The translations under genes were made by a program, and so were the position numbers. DNA of 63,956 bases, the filler included, from Chloroflexota bacterium (lineage in GTDB: Bacteria > Chloroflexota > Chloroflexia > QHBQ01): assembly GCA_043754535.1 (NCBI GenBank). It is 7 parts of 7 records of this genome, joined end to end, with 100 filler letters (N's around TTAATTAATTAA, not from the genome) between each part and the next. Parts side by side here need not be neighbours in the genome. Positions count along the whole stretch, not along the records: positions 1 to 17,922 come from JAYUUN010000018.1; positions 18,023 to 23,940 come from JAYUUN010000019.1; 5 more parts are not named here. One strand, written 5' to 3'. The notes beneath the pieces are model-generated. The model saw only the letters and a list, made by a program, of their open reading frames with translations, was not told the DNA's origin and made no database searches. How positions within the stretch are numbered: the first letter of the stretch is position 1; each line of letters starts with the position of its first letter. This document shows positions 9,837 to 19,473 of this stretch, one piece after another.

Positions 9837-10505
9837 ATGGCCGAGGCGGAGGAGTTGGAGCTAGAGGATTATACTGTGCAGGGGGCTACCTACCTGCAAG
9901 CGGGCCGCTTTGCAGAGGCGATAGCGGCCTTTAGCGCGGCGATCCAGCTCGCGCCAACTGTGCCAGCAGGTTTCAACAACCGGGGGACAGCCTACGCGCA
10001 GGCGGGCCAGCCAGCCGCAGCCCTGAGCGACTTCAACCGGGCGATCAGCCTCGCGCCAGATTACGCCCTCGCCTACAACAACCGTGGCTTTGCCTACCGT
10101 CAGCTAGACCGCACCGCTGAGGCTCTGGCCGACTACGCGCAGGTGCTTGCACTGGAGCCAGACAACGCACAGGCCCAGTTCAACCGGGGGCTAGCCCAGG
10201 TGGAGGCGGGCGCGGAAGCAGCCGCGATCAACGCCTTTGCCGCCTTCCTGCGCGCCAGCCGCCCCCTTGCCGAGCAACTGGCCCTTGAGGTTGCCGACAC
10301 CATCTACGCCCCCACCTACGCCCGCGCCTGTACCGTGCTGGCTGCCGAGGCCGCCCAGCGCAGTGATTGTGACGACGCGCAGGAGTGGTTGCGGATGGCA
10401 TCGCTGATCCAGCCCGGCTTCGTGTCTGCCTACTTGCAGGGTAGCAGAGATTTCGCCACCTGCGCTGCTGGCGACTGGCAGGCATTTGTTGCACGGCTAC
10501 GTTAA
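9837..10505 (+). CDS. TPR-repeat protein
   Basis: Repeated 'NNRG.AY...A..D...AI.L.P' motifs. Confidence 0.85.
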   Translation: MAEAEELELEDYTVQGATYLQAGRFAEAIAAFSAAIQLAPTVPAGFNNRGTAYAQAGQPAAALSDFNRAISLAPDYALAYNNRGFAYRQLDRTAEALADYAQVLALEPDNAQAQFNRGLAQVEAGAEAAAINAFAAFLRASRPLAEQLALEVADTIYAPTYARACTVLAAEAAQRSDCDDAQEWLRMASLIQPGFVSAYLQGSRDFATCAAGDWQAFVARLR

Positions 10506-10517
10506 AGGAGAACCACC

Positions 10518-13427
10518 ATGGGCAAGCCCACGATCAAGCGCATCATCGTAGTACCCCACACGCACTGGGACCGGGAGTGGCACACCCCTTTTGAGCAGTT
10601 TCGCTGGCAATTGGTGCGCGCCTTCGACACCTTGATCCAGACCTTGGAGCAGGAGCCGCAGCACCCTGGCTTCTTGCTTGACGGCCAAACGGCGGTCTTC
10701 GACGACTACCTCGACCTGCGCCCTGCCATGCGCGAACGGCTGCTAACTCTGACGCGAGCGGGACGGATCAGCGTCGGCCCCTGGTATGTGCTACCGGATG
10801 AGTTCCTGGTCTCGCAAGAGAGCCTGATCCGCAACCTGCTGCGTGGCTTGCAGGATGCACGCCAGTGGGGTGCGCCACTGCTGGTCGGCTACCTGCCTGA
10901 TATGTTCGGCCACGTGGGGCAGATGCCGCAACTGCTGCGGAGTGCCGGGATCGACACGGCAGTAGTCTGGCGCGGGGTGCCGCCGCAGCTAGCTAGCACC
11001 GAGTTCTGGTGGCAATCACCTGATGGCAGCCGCGTGTTGGCTAGCTACCTGGTGGAGAGCTATGGCATAGGTCAGCAGTTGCCGCTAGATGGTGAGGGTT
11101 TGCGCCACCGGGTTGAGCAGATTGCCACCTCGTTGCAGCCCTGGCAAGCCAGTAACATTGCCTTGCTGCCCAACGGCTTTGACCACCAGGGCATCCAACC
11201 GGGGTTGGCCTCTGCAATCCACGCGCTGCCCAGCAACGATGCAGGCGCGCGGGTAGAGACGGGGCTGCTGACCGATTACTTGAGCGCAGTACGGGCCGAA
11301 CTGGGCGAAAGGCTGGTGGATTTGCCGCTGCACATTGGCGAGTTGCGCCACCCGCAACGTGCGCCGATCCTGCCCAACGTCGCCAGCACGCGCACCCCGT
11401 TCAAGGTACGAGACTTTCGGGCTACCAACCTGATGGAGCGCGTAGTAGAGCCACTGGCAGCCTGGCTTACTCTCCTCGGCGAAGCGCACGAGCCGACCGC
11501 TCATCGGCGCATCTGGACGCTGCTGCTGCAAAACCAGCCACACGACAGTATCTCTGGCTGCAATGTTGACCAGGTGCAGCAAGACGTGGCCGCTCGCTTC
11601 GCCAGTGCCGAGCAGTTGATGGCCTCCCTGATCGCCGACTACTGGGCCGCCCTTAGCCACCACCTGCCACGGGCTAGCGGGGACGGCTTGGCCCAGATTG
11701 TCACCTTCAACCCGCTGGCTCCACGAGCGGAGGAGGTGTGCGTGGCAGACCTGACTACCCCGCAACCGCTGATCTCCCCTTTGCTGCGCGACGAGCAGGG
11801 ACGACCAGTTCATTGCCAGCTTGTGCCACAGGAGGGGCGGGTACTTACCTCCTTCAATGTGCCAATCGCTTACGCAAAGATGATCATGGGCATGGCGGGT
11901 AATACCACCGTCGCTATGGGCCGTCACGTGCAGCGGGTGGACTGGGGGCTAGCTGCGCCCGATAATGCCAGTGTGACAGTGTTGCTCGGCGATCAGCCCA
12001 GCCCTACCTTCACCATGCCCGCCACCGTCGCTCAAGGCCGCGCCTTCCTTGAAGCTAACCAGCAGGTCAAGCGGGTCAGCGGCTACGTCACCCTCGGCTA
12101 CGACTATCGTCTCTACTTCCCGCAGCGGGAGGTGGGCAGTGGTGCTGTGCGCCGCTACAGCCTGAGCGATGGTGGCAGGCCGCCTGCCAGCGATTTGCTC
12201 GCCAGCCCGCAGGGTTTGGAGAACCAGCACTACCGCCTGACTATTGGCAAGGATGGCTTCCTCTACCTGCTAGACAAGCGCGATGGCAGGCAGCATGGCC
12301 CGCTCAACGCCTTCAGCGATGGGGGTGAGAAGGGCGATACCTACAACTACTGCCCGCCGCCGCTGGACAGCGTGGTTGCCCATCCGCAGCGGCAACGGGC
12401 CAGCCGCCTCAGCTTCATGCGTGTGCCAGTGCGGGTAACAGTGACGGCCACTGGGCCATTGTTCGCCGAGTGGAAGCTAATCTACCGCTACTCCGTGCCA
12501 GCAGGCTTGAGCGAGGAGCGCAGCAGCCGCAGCAAGAAGCGGGTTAGTCTCAGGATTGAGAGCCGTGTGCGCATCTATGCAGGTAGTGAACGGATCGATT
12601 TTGAGACCACGATCCACAACCGCGCCCGTGACCATCGCCTCCGTGTCACCTTCCACACCCCGATCAAGAGCGATGTAGTCTACTCTGACGGCCACTTCGA
12701 GCTAGTAAGCCGCCCTTACCGCGATCCAGAGGCGGGCGATATCGCCTGGGTCGAGTTGCCACAGCCTACGCGCCCGGTCAACGCCTTCGCTGCACTCAGC
12801 GACGCGCGGGCCAGCTTCTTGCTGATCCCCCAGGGCTTGCGCGAGGTGGAGGCGACTGCGACGGCAGGAGGTAGCACTCTCCACCTCACGCTCCTGCGCG
12901 CCGTGGGCCACCTGTCCCGCAGCGACCTTGAGACGCGGCCTTCGGCGGCAGGGCCAGAGCTTGTTACCCCGGCGGCGCAGATGATCGGCACCCACCACTT
13001 CAGCTACAGCCTCCTGCTCGTCCCTCAGCCGCTTGCGCAGGCAGCATTGTGGGGGCGGGTGGCCGCCTGCCACAATCCCTCGTTGGCCTATGCCAGCAGC
13101 GGCGGTGCGGCTGGGGCAGTAGCCGACTGGCCTGCTGCTGGCTTGCTGCCCCTGGCCGACGAGATCGAGTGGTCGGCCCTCAAGCCCGCCGAGGATGGTG
13201 ATGGGGTGATCCTGAGGCTGGTCAACAAGCGCGACCGCCCGCTGACCATCAGCCTGCCACTCCCCCCACTCTGGCGCGACTGCCACTTCTATGCAGCAAA
13301 CGTATTGGAGGAAGTGGTCGGCGATCTATTGCCACTCAGCGATGGTGTTCTCACCCTCCACTTCGGCCCGGCCCAGATTAGAACTCTGCGGCTGCGGCGG
13401 ACGGTAAATGCATTGGAGGAGCATTAG
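10518..13427 (+). CDS. GH38 alpha-mannosidase (MngB-like)
   Basis: 'HTHWDREW', 'LLDGQ', 'GPWYVLPDEF', 'PDMFGH', 'NQPHDSISGC'. Confidence 0.92.
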   Translation: MGKPTIKRIIVVPHTHWDREWHTPFEQFRWQLVRAFDTLIQTLEQEPQHPGFLLDGQTAVFDDYLDLRPAMRERLLTLTRAGRISVGPWYVLPDEFLVSQESLIRNLLRGLQDARQWGAPLLVGYLPDMFGHVGQMPQLLRSAGIDTAVVWRGVPPQLASTEFWWQSPDGSRVLASYLVESYGIGQQLPLDGEGLRHRVEQIATSLQPWQASNIALLPNGFDHQGIQPGLASAIHALPSNDAGARVETGLLTDYLSAVRAELGERLVDLPLHIGELRHPQRAPILPNVASTRTPFKVRDFRATNLMERVVEPLAAWLTLLGEAHEPTAHRRIWTLLLQNQPHDSISGCNVDQVQQDVAARFASAEQLMASLIADYWAALSHHLPRASGDGLAQIVTFNPLAPRAEEVCVADLTTPQPLISPLLRDEQGRPVHCQLVPQEGRVLTSFNVPIAYAKMIMGMAGNTTVAMGRHVQRVDWGLAAPDNASVTVLLGDQPSPTFTMPATVAQGRAFLEANQQVKRVSGYVTLGYDYRLYFPQREVGSGAVRRYSLSDGGRPPASDLLASPQGLENQHYRLTIGKDGFLYLLDKRDGRQHGPLNAFSDGGEKGDTYNYCPPPLDSVVAHPQRQRASRLSFMRVPVRVTVTATGPLFAEWKLIYRYSVPAGLSEERSSRSKKRVSLRIESRVRIYAGSERIDFETTIHNRARDHRLRVTFHTPIKSDVVYSDGHFELVSRPYRDPEAGDIAWVELPQPTRPVNAFAALSDARASFLLIPQGLREVEATATAGGSTLHLTLLRAVGHLSRSDLETRPSAAGPELVTPAAQMIGTHHFSYSLLLVPQPLAQAALWGRVAACHNPSLAYASSGGAAGAVADWPAAGLLPLADEIEWSALKPAEDGDGVILRLVNKRDRPLTISLPLPPLWRDCHFYAANVLEEVVGDLLPLSDGVLTLHFGPAQIRTLRLRRTVNALEEH

Positions 13428-13499
13428 AGGCGCGGCCAACAGCCACGCCGAATTGGATCGCAGCAGCTTGATTGGGTAAAATAGAAAGGACCTTGAGCG

Positions 13500-13934
13500 A
13501 TGAGTGAGGGCGTAGAGCTTTATCTGTATTCCTCTTGCACCAGTTGCAAGAAGGCAGAGAGCCTGCTGAAGGATGAGCGCATCAGCTTTCAGCGGCGCGA
13601 TTACTTCAAGGATCGCTTCGGCACGGACGAATTGCGCGCCCTGCTGCACGGGGTTGGCCTGACCGCCCACGACGTACTCAGCACGCGGGCGACTAAATAC
13701 AAGGAGATGAGCCTGGATCAGCGCGTTCTCAGCGAAGACGAACTGATCGCCCTGATGGTGGCAGAGCCAACCCTCCTGCGCCGCCCACTAGTCAAGCGTG
13801 GCGAGCGGGCAGTGGTCGGCTTCGACCGGGCAGGGATCGAGGCTCTGGTGAGGTTAAAGACATGGATGCAATGCGCTATACTATCGTGGATCCCGGCGGC
13901 ATCACCAGCTTCGTCGCCCCTTGTAGCGTGCTGA
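13500..13934 (+). CDS. ArsC/Spx/MgsR-family protein
   Basis: 'SCTSCKKA', 'PTLLRRP', 'VVGF'. Confidence 0.85.
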   Translation: MSEGVELYLYSSCTSCKKAESLLKDERISFQRRDYFKDRFGTDELRALLHGVGLTAHDVLSTRATKYKEMSLDQRVLSEDELIALMVAEPTLLRRPLVKRGERAVVGFDRAGIEALVRLKTWMQCAILSWIPAASPASSPLVAC

Positions 13935-14353
13935 AGGCACTGGTGGCCGCCTGCGTCAGCGAACCCTCCACTGCCAGCGACCTGCTGACCGCAGCCACCC
14001 CCTACGACGACCGTCTCGCCAGCTATGTGGGCGACGCGCTGGCCCGCTTTGCCGAGCGCAACACGCCAGAGCAGCCCGCCAACATCAGAGCGGGCATCCG
14101 CCTGGCCCAGCTTGAGAAGCGTGAACAGGAGATACCTCCCTTCCGCGTGCTGGATGACTTTACTCACGACACCAGCCTAAGCCCAGTGGAGGCGGGTCTG
14201 GTGATCTTCAACCTACGCGATAAGCGGATCACCCAGGTGCAGAACAGCTATGCCCCAGTGCAACGCGCCGACCGCAGCCGCATCCGCCGCGACGGTCGGC
14301 CAATCCAGCAACTCTACCACTACACCCTGCCCGATGAGTGGCGCATCTTCTGA
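13871..14353 (+). CDS. Hypothetical protein
   Basis: Globular-looking ORF with host codon usage; start 13862 or 13871. Confidence 0.7.
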   Translation: MRYTIVDPGGITSFVAPCSVLKALVAACVSEPSTASDLLTAATPYDDRLASYVGDALARFAERNTPEQPANIRAGIRLAQLEKREQEIPPFRVLDDFTHDTSLSPVEAGLVIFNLRDKRITQVQNSYAPVQRADRSRIRRDGRPIQQLYHYTLPDEWRIF

Positions 14354-14394
14354 GCGGCAGTGGGACTACACCAGCTTGCGCCCTTCAACCTTCA

Positions 14395-15519
14395 TCATTG
14401 CCCCGAACCCACCTCCTCCAGTACCGCCAGCGTTTCGGTGGCGCAACGCCGCCAGCTAAACTGCTGCGCTTGCTGCAAGCCCCGCTGCCGCAGGGAGGAG
14501 CGCAGGTTAGCGTCGCTCAAAGCCCAATGCAGAGCGGCGGCGATGCTGGCGGTATCCTGGGGGTCGCACTGCACTGCTGCGTCACCAACGATCTCTGGCA
14601 GGCTACTAGCATTGGCGGCCAGCACGGGGGTGCCAGCGGCCATCGCCTCTAGCACAGGCAAGCCAAAGCCTTCGTAGAGGCTGGGGAAGGCAAACAGGGT
14701 TGCGCCGCTGTAGAGGGCGGGCAAGTCGTCGTCGTTGAGGTAGCCAGGGAAAAGCACGCGATTTTGCAGGCCAAGACGGCTGGCAGTGGCGTAGATTTCA
14801 TCGCTCAACCAGCCACGCTTGCCGCCCAGCACTAGCCGATAGTCACCCGCGCAACCGCTGGCAGCGAACGCCTCCACCAGGCGGGTCAGGTTTTTGCGTG
14901 GCTGGATCGTGCCAACGTAGAGGACGTAGCTCTCCGTAGCTTGCAGCCCCAGGCGCACTTTGGCAGCGGCAATGGCGGCCTCGTCCACAACTGGCACGAA
15001 ACGTGCATCGTCGTAGCCGTGATAGACTACCCGCACCTTCGCTGCTGGCACGCCGCTGTGCTGCACCACATCACGTGCAGTGGCCGCTGAGACAGCGATG
15101 ATCTGGCGAGCAGCCCTTGCGCTCCAGATTGTGCTGAGGCGCAGGTAGTAGCGGCTGAGGCGGCTGTGTGCTTCGGGGTAGCGGAGGTAGCCGAGGTCGT
15201 GTAGGGTAACAACCGTGCGTGGGTGGATCGCTGGCACGACGTGAGCAGGGACGAACAGGACGCGGGGTGCTGCCGTCGCCATTTCGCGGCTGAGGCGCAG
15301 GTGCGTCCAGAGGCGGTGGGCAGGCAGGTTGCGCGTGCGCCAGCGGTTGGGCAGAGCGGCCAGCAATGCTTCGGCCCCAACCGGCGGCTGGTTGAAGTAG
15401 AGAGTATACCGGTTGTGCTGGTCGAGGGCAGCCAGGGCGCGCACTATCTGGTAGGCATAATTCTCAGTGCCAGTGCGCTGGCCGACCGCTAGCCTGCTCG
15501 CGTCAATGCCGATTTCCAT
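14395..15519 (-). CDS. Glycosyltransferase family 4
   Basis: 'MEIGIDAS...TGTENY', 'QPRKNL', 'PSLYEGFGLPVLEAMA'; ATG at 15519 is 6 nt downstream of TGCTATAAT (leaderless). Confidence 0.92.
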   Translation of the reverse strand: MEIGIDASRLAVGQRTGTENYAYQIVRALAALDQHNRYTLYFNQPPVGAEALLAALPNRWRTRNLPAHRLWTHLRLSREMATAAPRVLFVPAHVVPAIHPRTVVTLHDLGYLRYPEAHSRLSRYYLRLSTIWSARAARQIIAVSAATARDVVQHSGVPAAKVRVVYHGYDDARFVPVVDEAAIAAAKVRLGLQATESYVLYVGTIQPRKNLTRLVEAFAASGCAGDYRLVLGGKRGWLSDEIYATASRLGLQNRVLFPGYLNDDDLPALYSGATLFAFPSLYEGFGLPVLEAMAAGTPVLAANASSLPEIVGDAAVQCDPQDTASIAAALHWALSDANLRSSLRQRGLQQAQQFSWRRCATETLAVLEEVGSGQ

Positions 15520-15591
15520 GCCGCCATTATAGCATGAGGCGATCAATGTGGTATAATTTATGCAAAGCAGCGTAGACCAAGGCCTGCGCTT

Positions 15592-16311
15592 TTGGAGCAA
15601 ACCTTGAGCAGCAAACAGCCAGACAAGCTGATCGAGCCGCAACTGCCGCCCACAAGCAGGCTGACCGACGACGATCTCAAGCCGATCCGCAAGCGCAGCC
15701 TGCTTGCCGATCTGCCACACATGGTCTACAGGAGACTATCTATCATGCTAGCTGAGCGCATGGGCAAGAACAGCAGGACGCACCTTAATTTTAATTGGAT
15801 TACCCCACAATTGGCGATGGGCGGCAAGTTCCCCACCGAGGCCGCTGAGCATTTGGCGAAAGACCTGGGCATCACTCACATAGTAGATGTGCGGGTGGAG
15901 GAGCGGGACGATGAGCATACCCTGCGCGAACATGGGATTACCTTGCTCCACCTGCCCACCCAGGATGCATACGCTGTCTCGCAGACGATGCTGGACGATG
16001 GCGTGAGCTGGATCAACGAGCAACTGGCCCATGATGCAAAGGTCTACATCCACTGCCAGTACGGTATTGGCCGTAGCGCACTGCTACTCTGCTGCGTGTT
16101 GGTCAGCATGGGCTACACCCCTAGTGTGGCCTTGCACCTAGCCAAGCAGGGTCGAGCGCAGGTTGCACCCAACCAGGAGCAGCTAGATGCGCTGATCGAG
16201 TGGGCGCACCGCTGGCGAGAGAAGCAGGGTGAGCAAGGGCCGAGCGAAACGGGCAGCGACCTGGCCGACATTGCCTACAGCGAACGTGCTACCCTAGCCC
16301 CAGAGTCGTAG
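15592..16311 (+). CDS. Dual-specificity/protein-tyrosine phosphatase family protein (start uncertain)
   Basis: CX5R motif 'VYIHCQYGIGRS'. Confidence 0.85.
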   Translation: MEQTLSSKQPDKLIEPQLPPTSRLTDDDLKPIRKRSLLADLPHMVYRRLSIMLAERMGKNSRTHLNFNWITPQLAMGGKFPTEAAEHLAKDLGITHIVDVRVEERDDEHTLREHGITLLHLPTQDAYAVSQTMLDDGVSWINEQLAHDAKVYIHCQYGIGRSALLLCCVLVSMGYTPSVALHLAKQGRAQVAPNQEQLDALIEWAHRWREKQGEQGPSETGSDLADIAYSERATLAPES

Positions 16312-16328
16312 GTAGTTGGCATATCGCC

Positions 16329-16357
16329 TTGACAGTGGCCCGTCCCCTTGCTATAAT
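16329..16357 (+). promoter_or_regulatory. Consensus sigma70 promoter of tRNA-Arg
   Basis: TTGACA-17 bp-TATAAT with TG extension. Confidence 0.85.
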
Positions 16358-16369
16358 CAGCTTGCATAC

Positions 16370-16445
16370 GCGCCCGTAGCTCAGGGGATAGAGCGTCCGC
16401 CTTCTAAGCGGGATGTCGTGGGTTCGAGACCCTCCGGGCGTACCA
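16370..16445 (+). tRNA. tRNA-Arg(TCT)
   Basis: GCGCCCG...TCCGC-CT-TCT-AA-GCGGG...GGTTCGAGACC...CGGGCGT-ACCA. Confidence 0.95.
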
Positions 16446-16518
16446 CTAGCCAGGCCACAGTTAGCTGCTGCCAACGGCTCGGTAGCCGTACGCCCTAAAC
16501 CTGCTACTCAAAACTGCA

Positions 16519-17349
16519 CTATAACTTGGAGGCTGGCCCCTGCTTTGGCAGCAGTGGCCCAAATATCTTCTCGAAGCGGCTGTTGGCTGATCCCTTGCCG
16601 CGCAAGATCGTGCGGTAGCCAGGGAAGTTCTCCACCTCTGCTGCGGGCGAACTGTAGCGACCCGCGTTTAGCTCGGCGTTCATCTGCTCTAGCTGCTGCT
16701 CAAGGCGCAGGCGAGTGTCGTTGGTCAAGGCTTTGGCGTTCAGCGCACCGCCTTGCACCGTTTGCCCAGGGCCGATCCGCATGAAAATCTCTGGGAACTG
16801 GCTGGTTGCGAACTCGTAGCGTACTGCTACTGGGTAGAGATAGCAGGTTGGCAGCTTGCGGGCAACAGCAGCGTGGCCGCCAAAGAAGTCAAGTGGGCGA
16901 CGGCTGCTAGTCTGGATTTCGCCCTGGGGGAACAGCCATAGGCTGCGCCAGCGTCGCTCCCGCAGCAGATTACTGATGTAGTTGAGGCTCTCCACTGCGC
17001 TGCGGGTGTTCTGTCGGTCAACCGAGAAGGCTCCTGCCCAGGTGAAAAAGAAGTATTTACGCAGTTGGCGCACGTCCATCATCAGGTAGGCATCGGCCTT
17101 GAGCAGGTGACGAGCAAGCAGGTAAGTGACATAACCATCCCACCAGGACGAGTGGTTGAGGTAGAAGATAGCTGGGCGATCCAGGCGGGCCTGGGGGCGC
17201 GGTGCCTCGGCCCCCACCTCCACCTTGAGCCGCACCTGGCTGAAGGCTCGCCGTAGCGAACCCAGTACCAGCCAGTTGACCGCCGCCTCACCCAGCCGAT
17301 TGCGCTGGGCCTTGATCACCGTCGGGTACTGCTTGCTCGTTTTGCTCAT
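16519..17349 (-). CDS. Lysophospholipid/glycerol acyltransferase family protein
   Basis: 'NHSSWWD', 'GAFSVDR', 'LFPQGE'. Confidence 0.88.
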   Translation of the reverse strand: MSKTSKQYPTVIKAQRNRLGEAAVNWLVLGSLRRAFSQVRLKVEVGAEAPRPQARLDRPAIFYLNHSSWWDGYVTYLLARHLLKADAYLMMDVRQLRKYFFFTWAGAFSVDRQNTRSAVESLNYISNLLRERRWRSLWLFPQGEIQTSSRRPLDFFGGHAAVARKLPTCYLYPVAVRYEFATSQFPEIFMRIGPGQTVQGGALNAKALTNDTRLRLEQQLEQMNAELNAGRYSSPAAEVENFPGYRTILRGKGSANSRFEKIFGPLLPKQGPASKL

Positions 17350-17388
17350 CGCTTGGTTTGCACCATCTCCTTCGTCAGGTTGGGCCAG

Positions 17389-17913
17389 TCATCCTCGCCC
17401 CATTTTGCCTCTGCTGCTTGCGTAGGCGACGGCTTCTTCCAGGGTCATCGCCTTGCCAACCGCCCAGGCTGCCGCGTATCTTTCTGGGTCCAGAGCTTGG
17501 TGGAGCGCAACCATAGTTCGGTCGAACTCCTCGCGCTGGGAGGCTAGTACGGGGTTGTCGCTAGCCTCGCGCAAGGCTGCCGCTGCCGCCAGCAGGTGCG
17601 TTGCCCGCTCGTAATCCTGTTTTGCAATCTCCACCCGCGTCAGCCCCCCGATCGCGGCCCAATCCTCGGCCAGCAGCGCGTGCTGAGCGGCAACCACGGT
17701 ACGGAGCGCAGGCGTGATCTGCTCAAAGGCGACACAGAACTCGTCGCCGACCACCTGAAAGACATGACCGCCGCCCGTGCTAATCACTTGCTGCAAGATC
17801 GCATGGTGGCGGGCCAGCACGCCTGTCATTGCCTGCGCTTGCCCATCCCACAAGCGGGCTGCCCCTTCGATGGCGGTGAAAAGGAAGGTAAGAGTACGTT
17901 GCTCTCCGTTCAT
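17389..17913 (-). pseudogene. Internally deleted adenylate/guanylate cyclase-ATPase-TPR gene
   Basis: N-terminal half of a class III cyclase ('TFLFTAIEGA', 'VGDEFCVAF') fused directly to the typical C-terminal tail 'AAAWAVGKAMTLEEAVAYA'. Confidence 0.6.
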
Positions 17914-17922
17914 CGTTTGTCC

Positions 17923-18022
17923 NNNNNNNNNNNNNNNNNNNNNNNNNNNNNNNNNNNNNNNNNNNNTTAATTAATTAANNNNNNNNNNNNNNNNNNNNNN
18001 NNNNNNNNNNNNNNNNNNNNNN
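17923..18022. other. Artificial contig linker
   Basis: N44-TTAATTAATTAA-N44; identical copies at 23941-24040, 41862-41961, 47744-47843, 53448-53547, 58904-59003. Confidence 0.98.
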
Positions 18023-18518
18023 CACGCGGGTCGGGGTTGTCAAGGACAGCCTGGGTCTGCTGCTGGCGGTAGGCTTGTAGGGCAGCTTTGAATTGTGGGT
18101 ACTTGTTGGCGAGGATGGCAGTTGCCAACAACGCGGCGTTGATCGCCCCAGCACGGCCAATAGCGAGGGTGGCGACCGGTATGCCAGCGGGCATCTGCAC
18201 GATAGCGAGCAACGAGTCCAACCCCTTGAGCGCGTGCGACTCGACTGGCACGCCGAGGACAGGTAGGCTGGTCTTGGCCGCGCACATCCCTGGTAGGTGG
18301 GCGGCACCGCCAGCCCCAGCGATGATCGCTTCTAGTCCGCGCTGCTCTGCCGTGCCAGCGTACTCAAACAGCAGGTCTGGCGTGCGGTGGGCAGAGACGA
18401 TGCGCACCTCAAACGGCACGCTGAGCGCGTCAAGCGTGCTGGCGGCGTGCTGCATCGTCTCCCAGTCCGATTTTGACCCCATGATCAGGCCAACTAGTGC
18501 TTTAGCTGTCAATCCCAC
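18023..18518 (-). CDS. purE: N5-CAIR mutase (3' end at contig edge)
   Basis: 'IMGSKSD', 'SAHRTP', '[10 protein letters not shown]', '[10 protein letters not shown]'. Confidence 0.95.
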
Positions 18519-18586
18519 CCTCCAGCGAGCAAAAAGGGGCTACAGCCAGGCGGCTGCACCTCTATTCTACCACAGCACGCTAGTGT

Positions 18587-18898
18587 CTACCGTAGCATCA
18601 CGGCGGCGGCAGCAAGCTCGACCGGCGTGCAGCCAGGTCCAGTCAGCAGCGGTGGCCCGCCATGTATGGCGAAGACCTGATTGCCAATCACCTGGTAGCG
18701 AGCCGGGCCTGCGATGCCCTCGTAGACGAAGTTGCCACGCACCGTAGCTAGCGGCAGGCCGAAGCCGGGGCCAGCGTACACCTCGTTGCCACGGATCGTC
18801 GCCAGTGGCACCAGGCCGATGAAGCCCTCGTATAGCAGCGTACCATTGGTCTGGAAGGCAGCAAGCCCACCGCCCAGACCCTTGTAGATCGCCTTCAT
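18587..18898 (-). CDS. Small beta-repeat hypothetical protein
   Basis: Repeats 'LATIRGNEVYAG/LATVRGNFVYEG' and C-terminal hydrophobic helix; GAGG RBS. Confidence 0.65.
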   Translation of the reverse strand: MKAIYKGLGGGLAAFQTNGTLLYEGFIGLVPLATIRGNEVYAGPGFGLPLATVRGNFVYEGIAGPARYQVIGNQVFAIHGGPPLLTGPGCTPVELAAAAVMLR

Positions 18899-18908
18899 CG
18901 CAGCATCC

Positions 18909-19301
18909 TCAGAGTACCTTCTCCAGGCTCTCGGTCAAAGACGAGGGATAGAAGGAGCCAGCCCAGCCGTGCCAGTCCCAGGGGATGTCGAGTGTGTTGT
19001 TCGTCAACCGTACCTCGCCAAAGGAGGAGTTAGCCGCCTTGTTGCTGATGCGGATCGTCTTGATGCTCTCCGCGACCGCTTCCTTGCCCATCGGATCGCG
19101 GCAAAGGGAGCGGAAAGCCTCGTTGATATTGTCAAAAGCGTTATCCTCAAACCGCTTCATCGCGTTGAGGCTCTCACTGAAGCTCGGCCAGTCTATGTCG
19201 TACTTGATGTCGCTGCCAGTAATTGCCTGCAACTCCTGCTCTTTTGGTGGCACTACTTCTTCTTGCAGCCGCTTGATCTCGCGGCGCTCAGCTAGACCCA
19301 T
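18909..19301 (-). CDS. Hypothetical protein (MGLAERR...)
   Basis: ATG at 19301 behind AAGGAGG. Confidence 0.7.
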   Translation of the reverse strand: MGLAERREIKRLQEEVVPPKEQELQAITGSDIKYDIDWPSFSESLNAMKRFEDNAFDNINEAFRSLCRDPMGKEAVAESIKTIRISNKAANSSFGEVRLTNNTLDIPWDWHGWAGSFYPSSLTESLEKVL

Positions 19302-19473
19302 CGTTATCCTCCTTGTGCTTGAGCGTACTACAACCGCCACCGCTATAGTAGCGCAAACAAGCATGGGCTGTCAACATGGCAGGAGGAAAGCTCCCACTTC
19401 ATCTGTTTAGTCAAGCGAAAAAGAGGACGCACCCATTGATTGGATGCGCCCCTCTTGCTGCCTGCTGTCGCTC

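Noticed and set aside
13500..13934. Selenocysteine or recoding in the ArsC/Spx-like gene
   Set aside because: CxxC is fully Cys-encoded with no in-frame TGA; the overlap with the next gene is a simple C-terminal extension.
16370..16520. tRNA-Arg as an integration site
   Set aside because: No integrase or duplicated tRNA 3' end visible in the contig.
17923..18022. TTAATTAATTAA between N-runs, recurring six times
   Set aside because: Artificial six-frame-stop contig linker; not a biological repeat, and cross-linker gene neighbourhoods (e.g. EamA-csx15, DinB-rep) are invalid.
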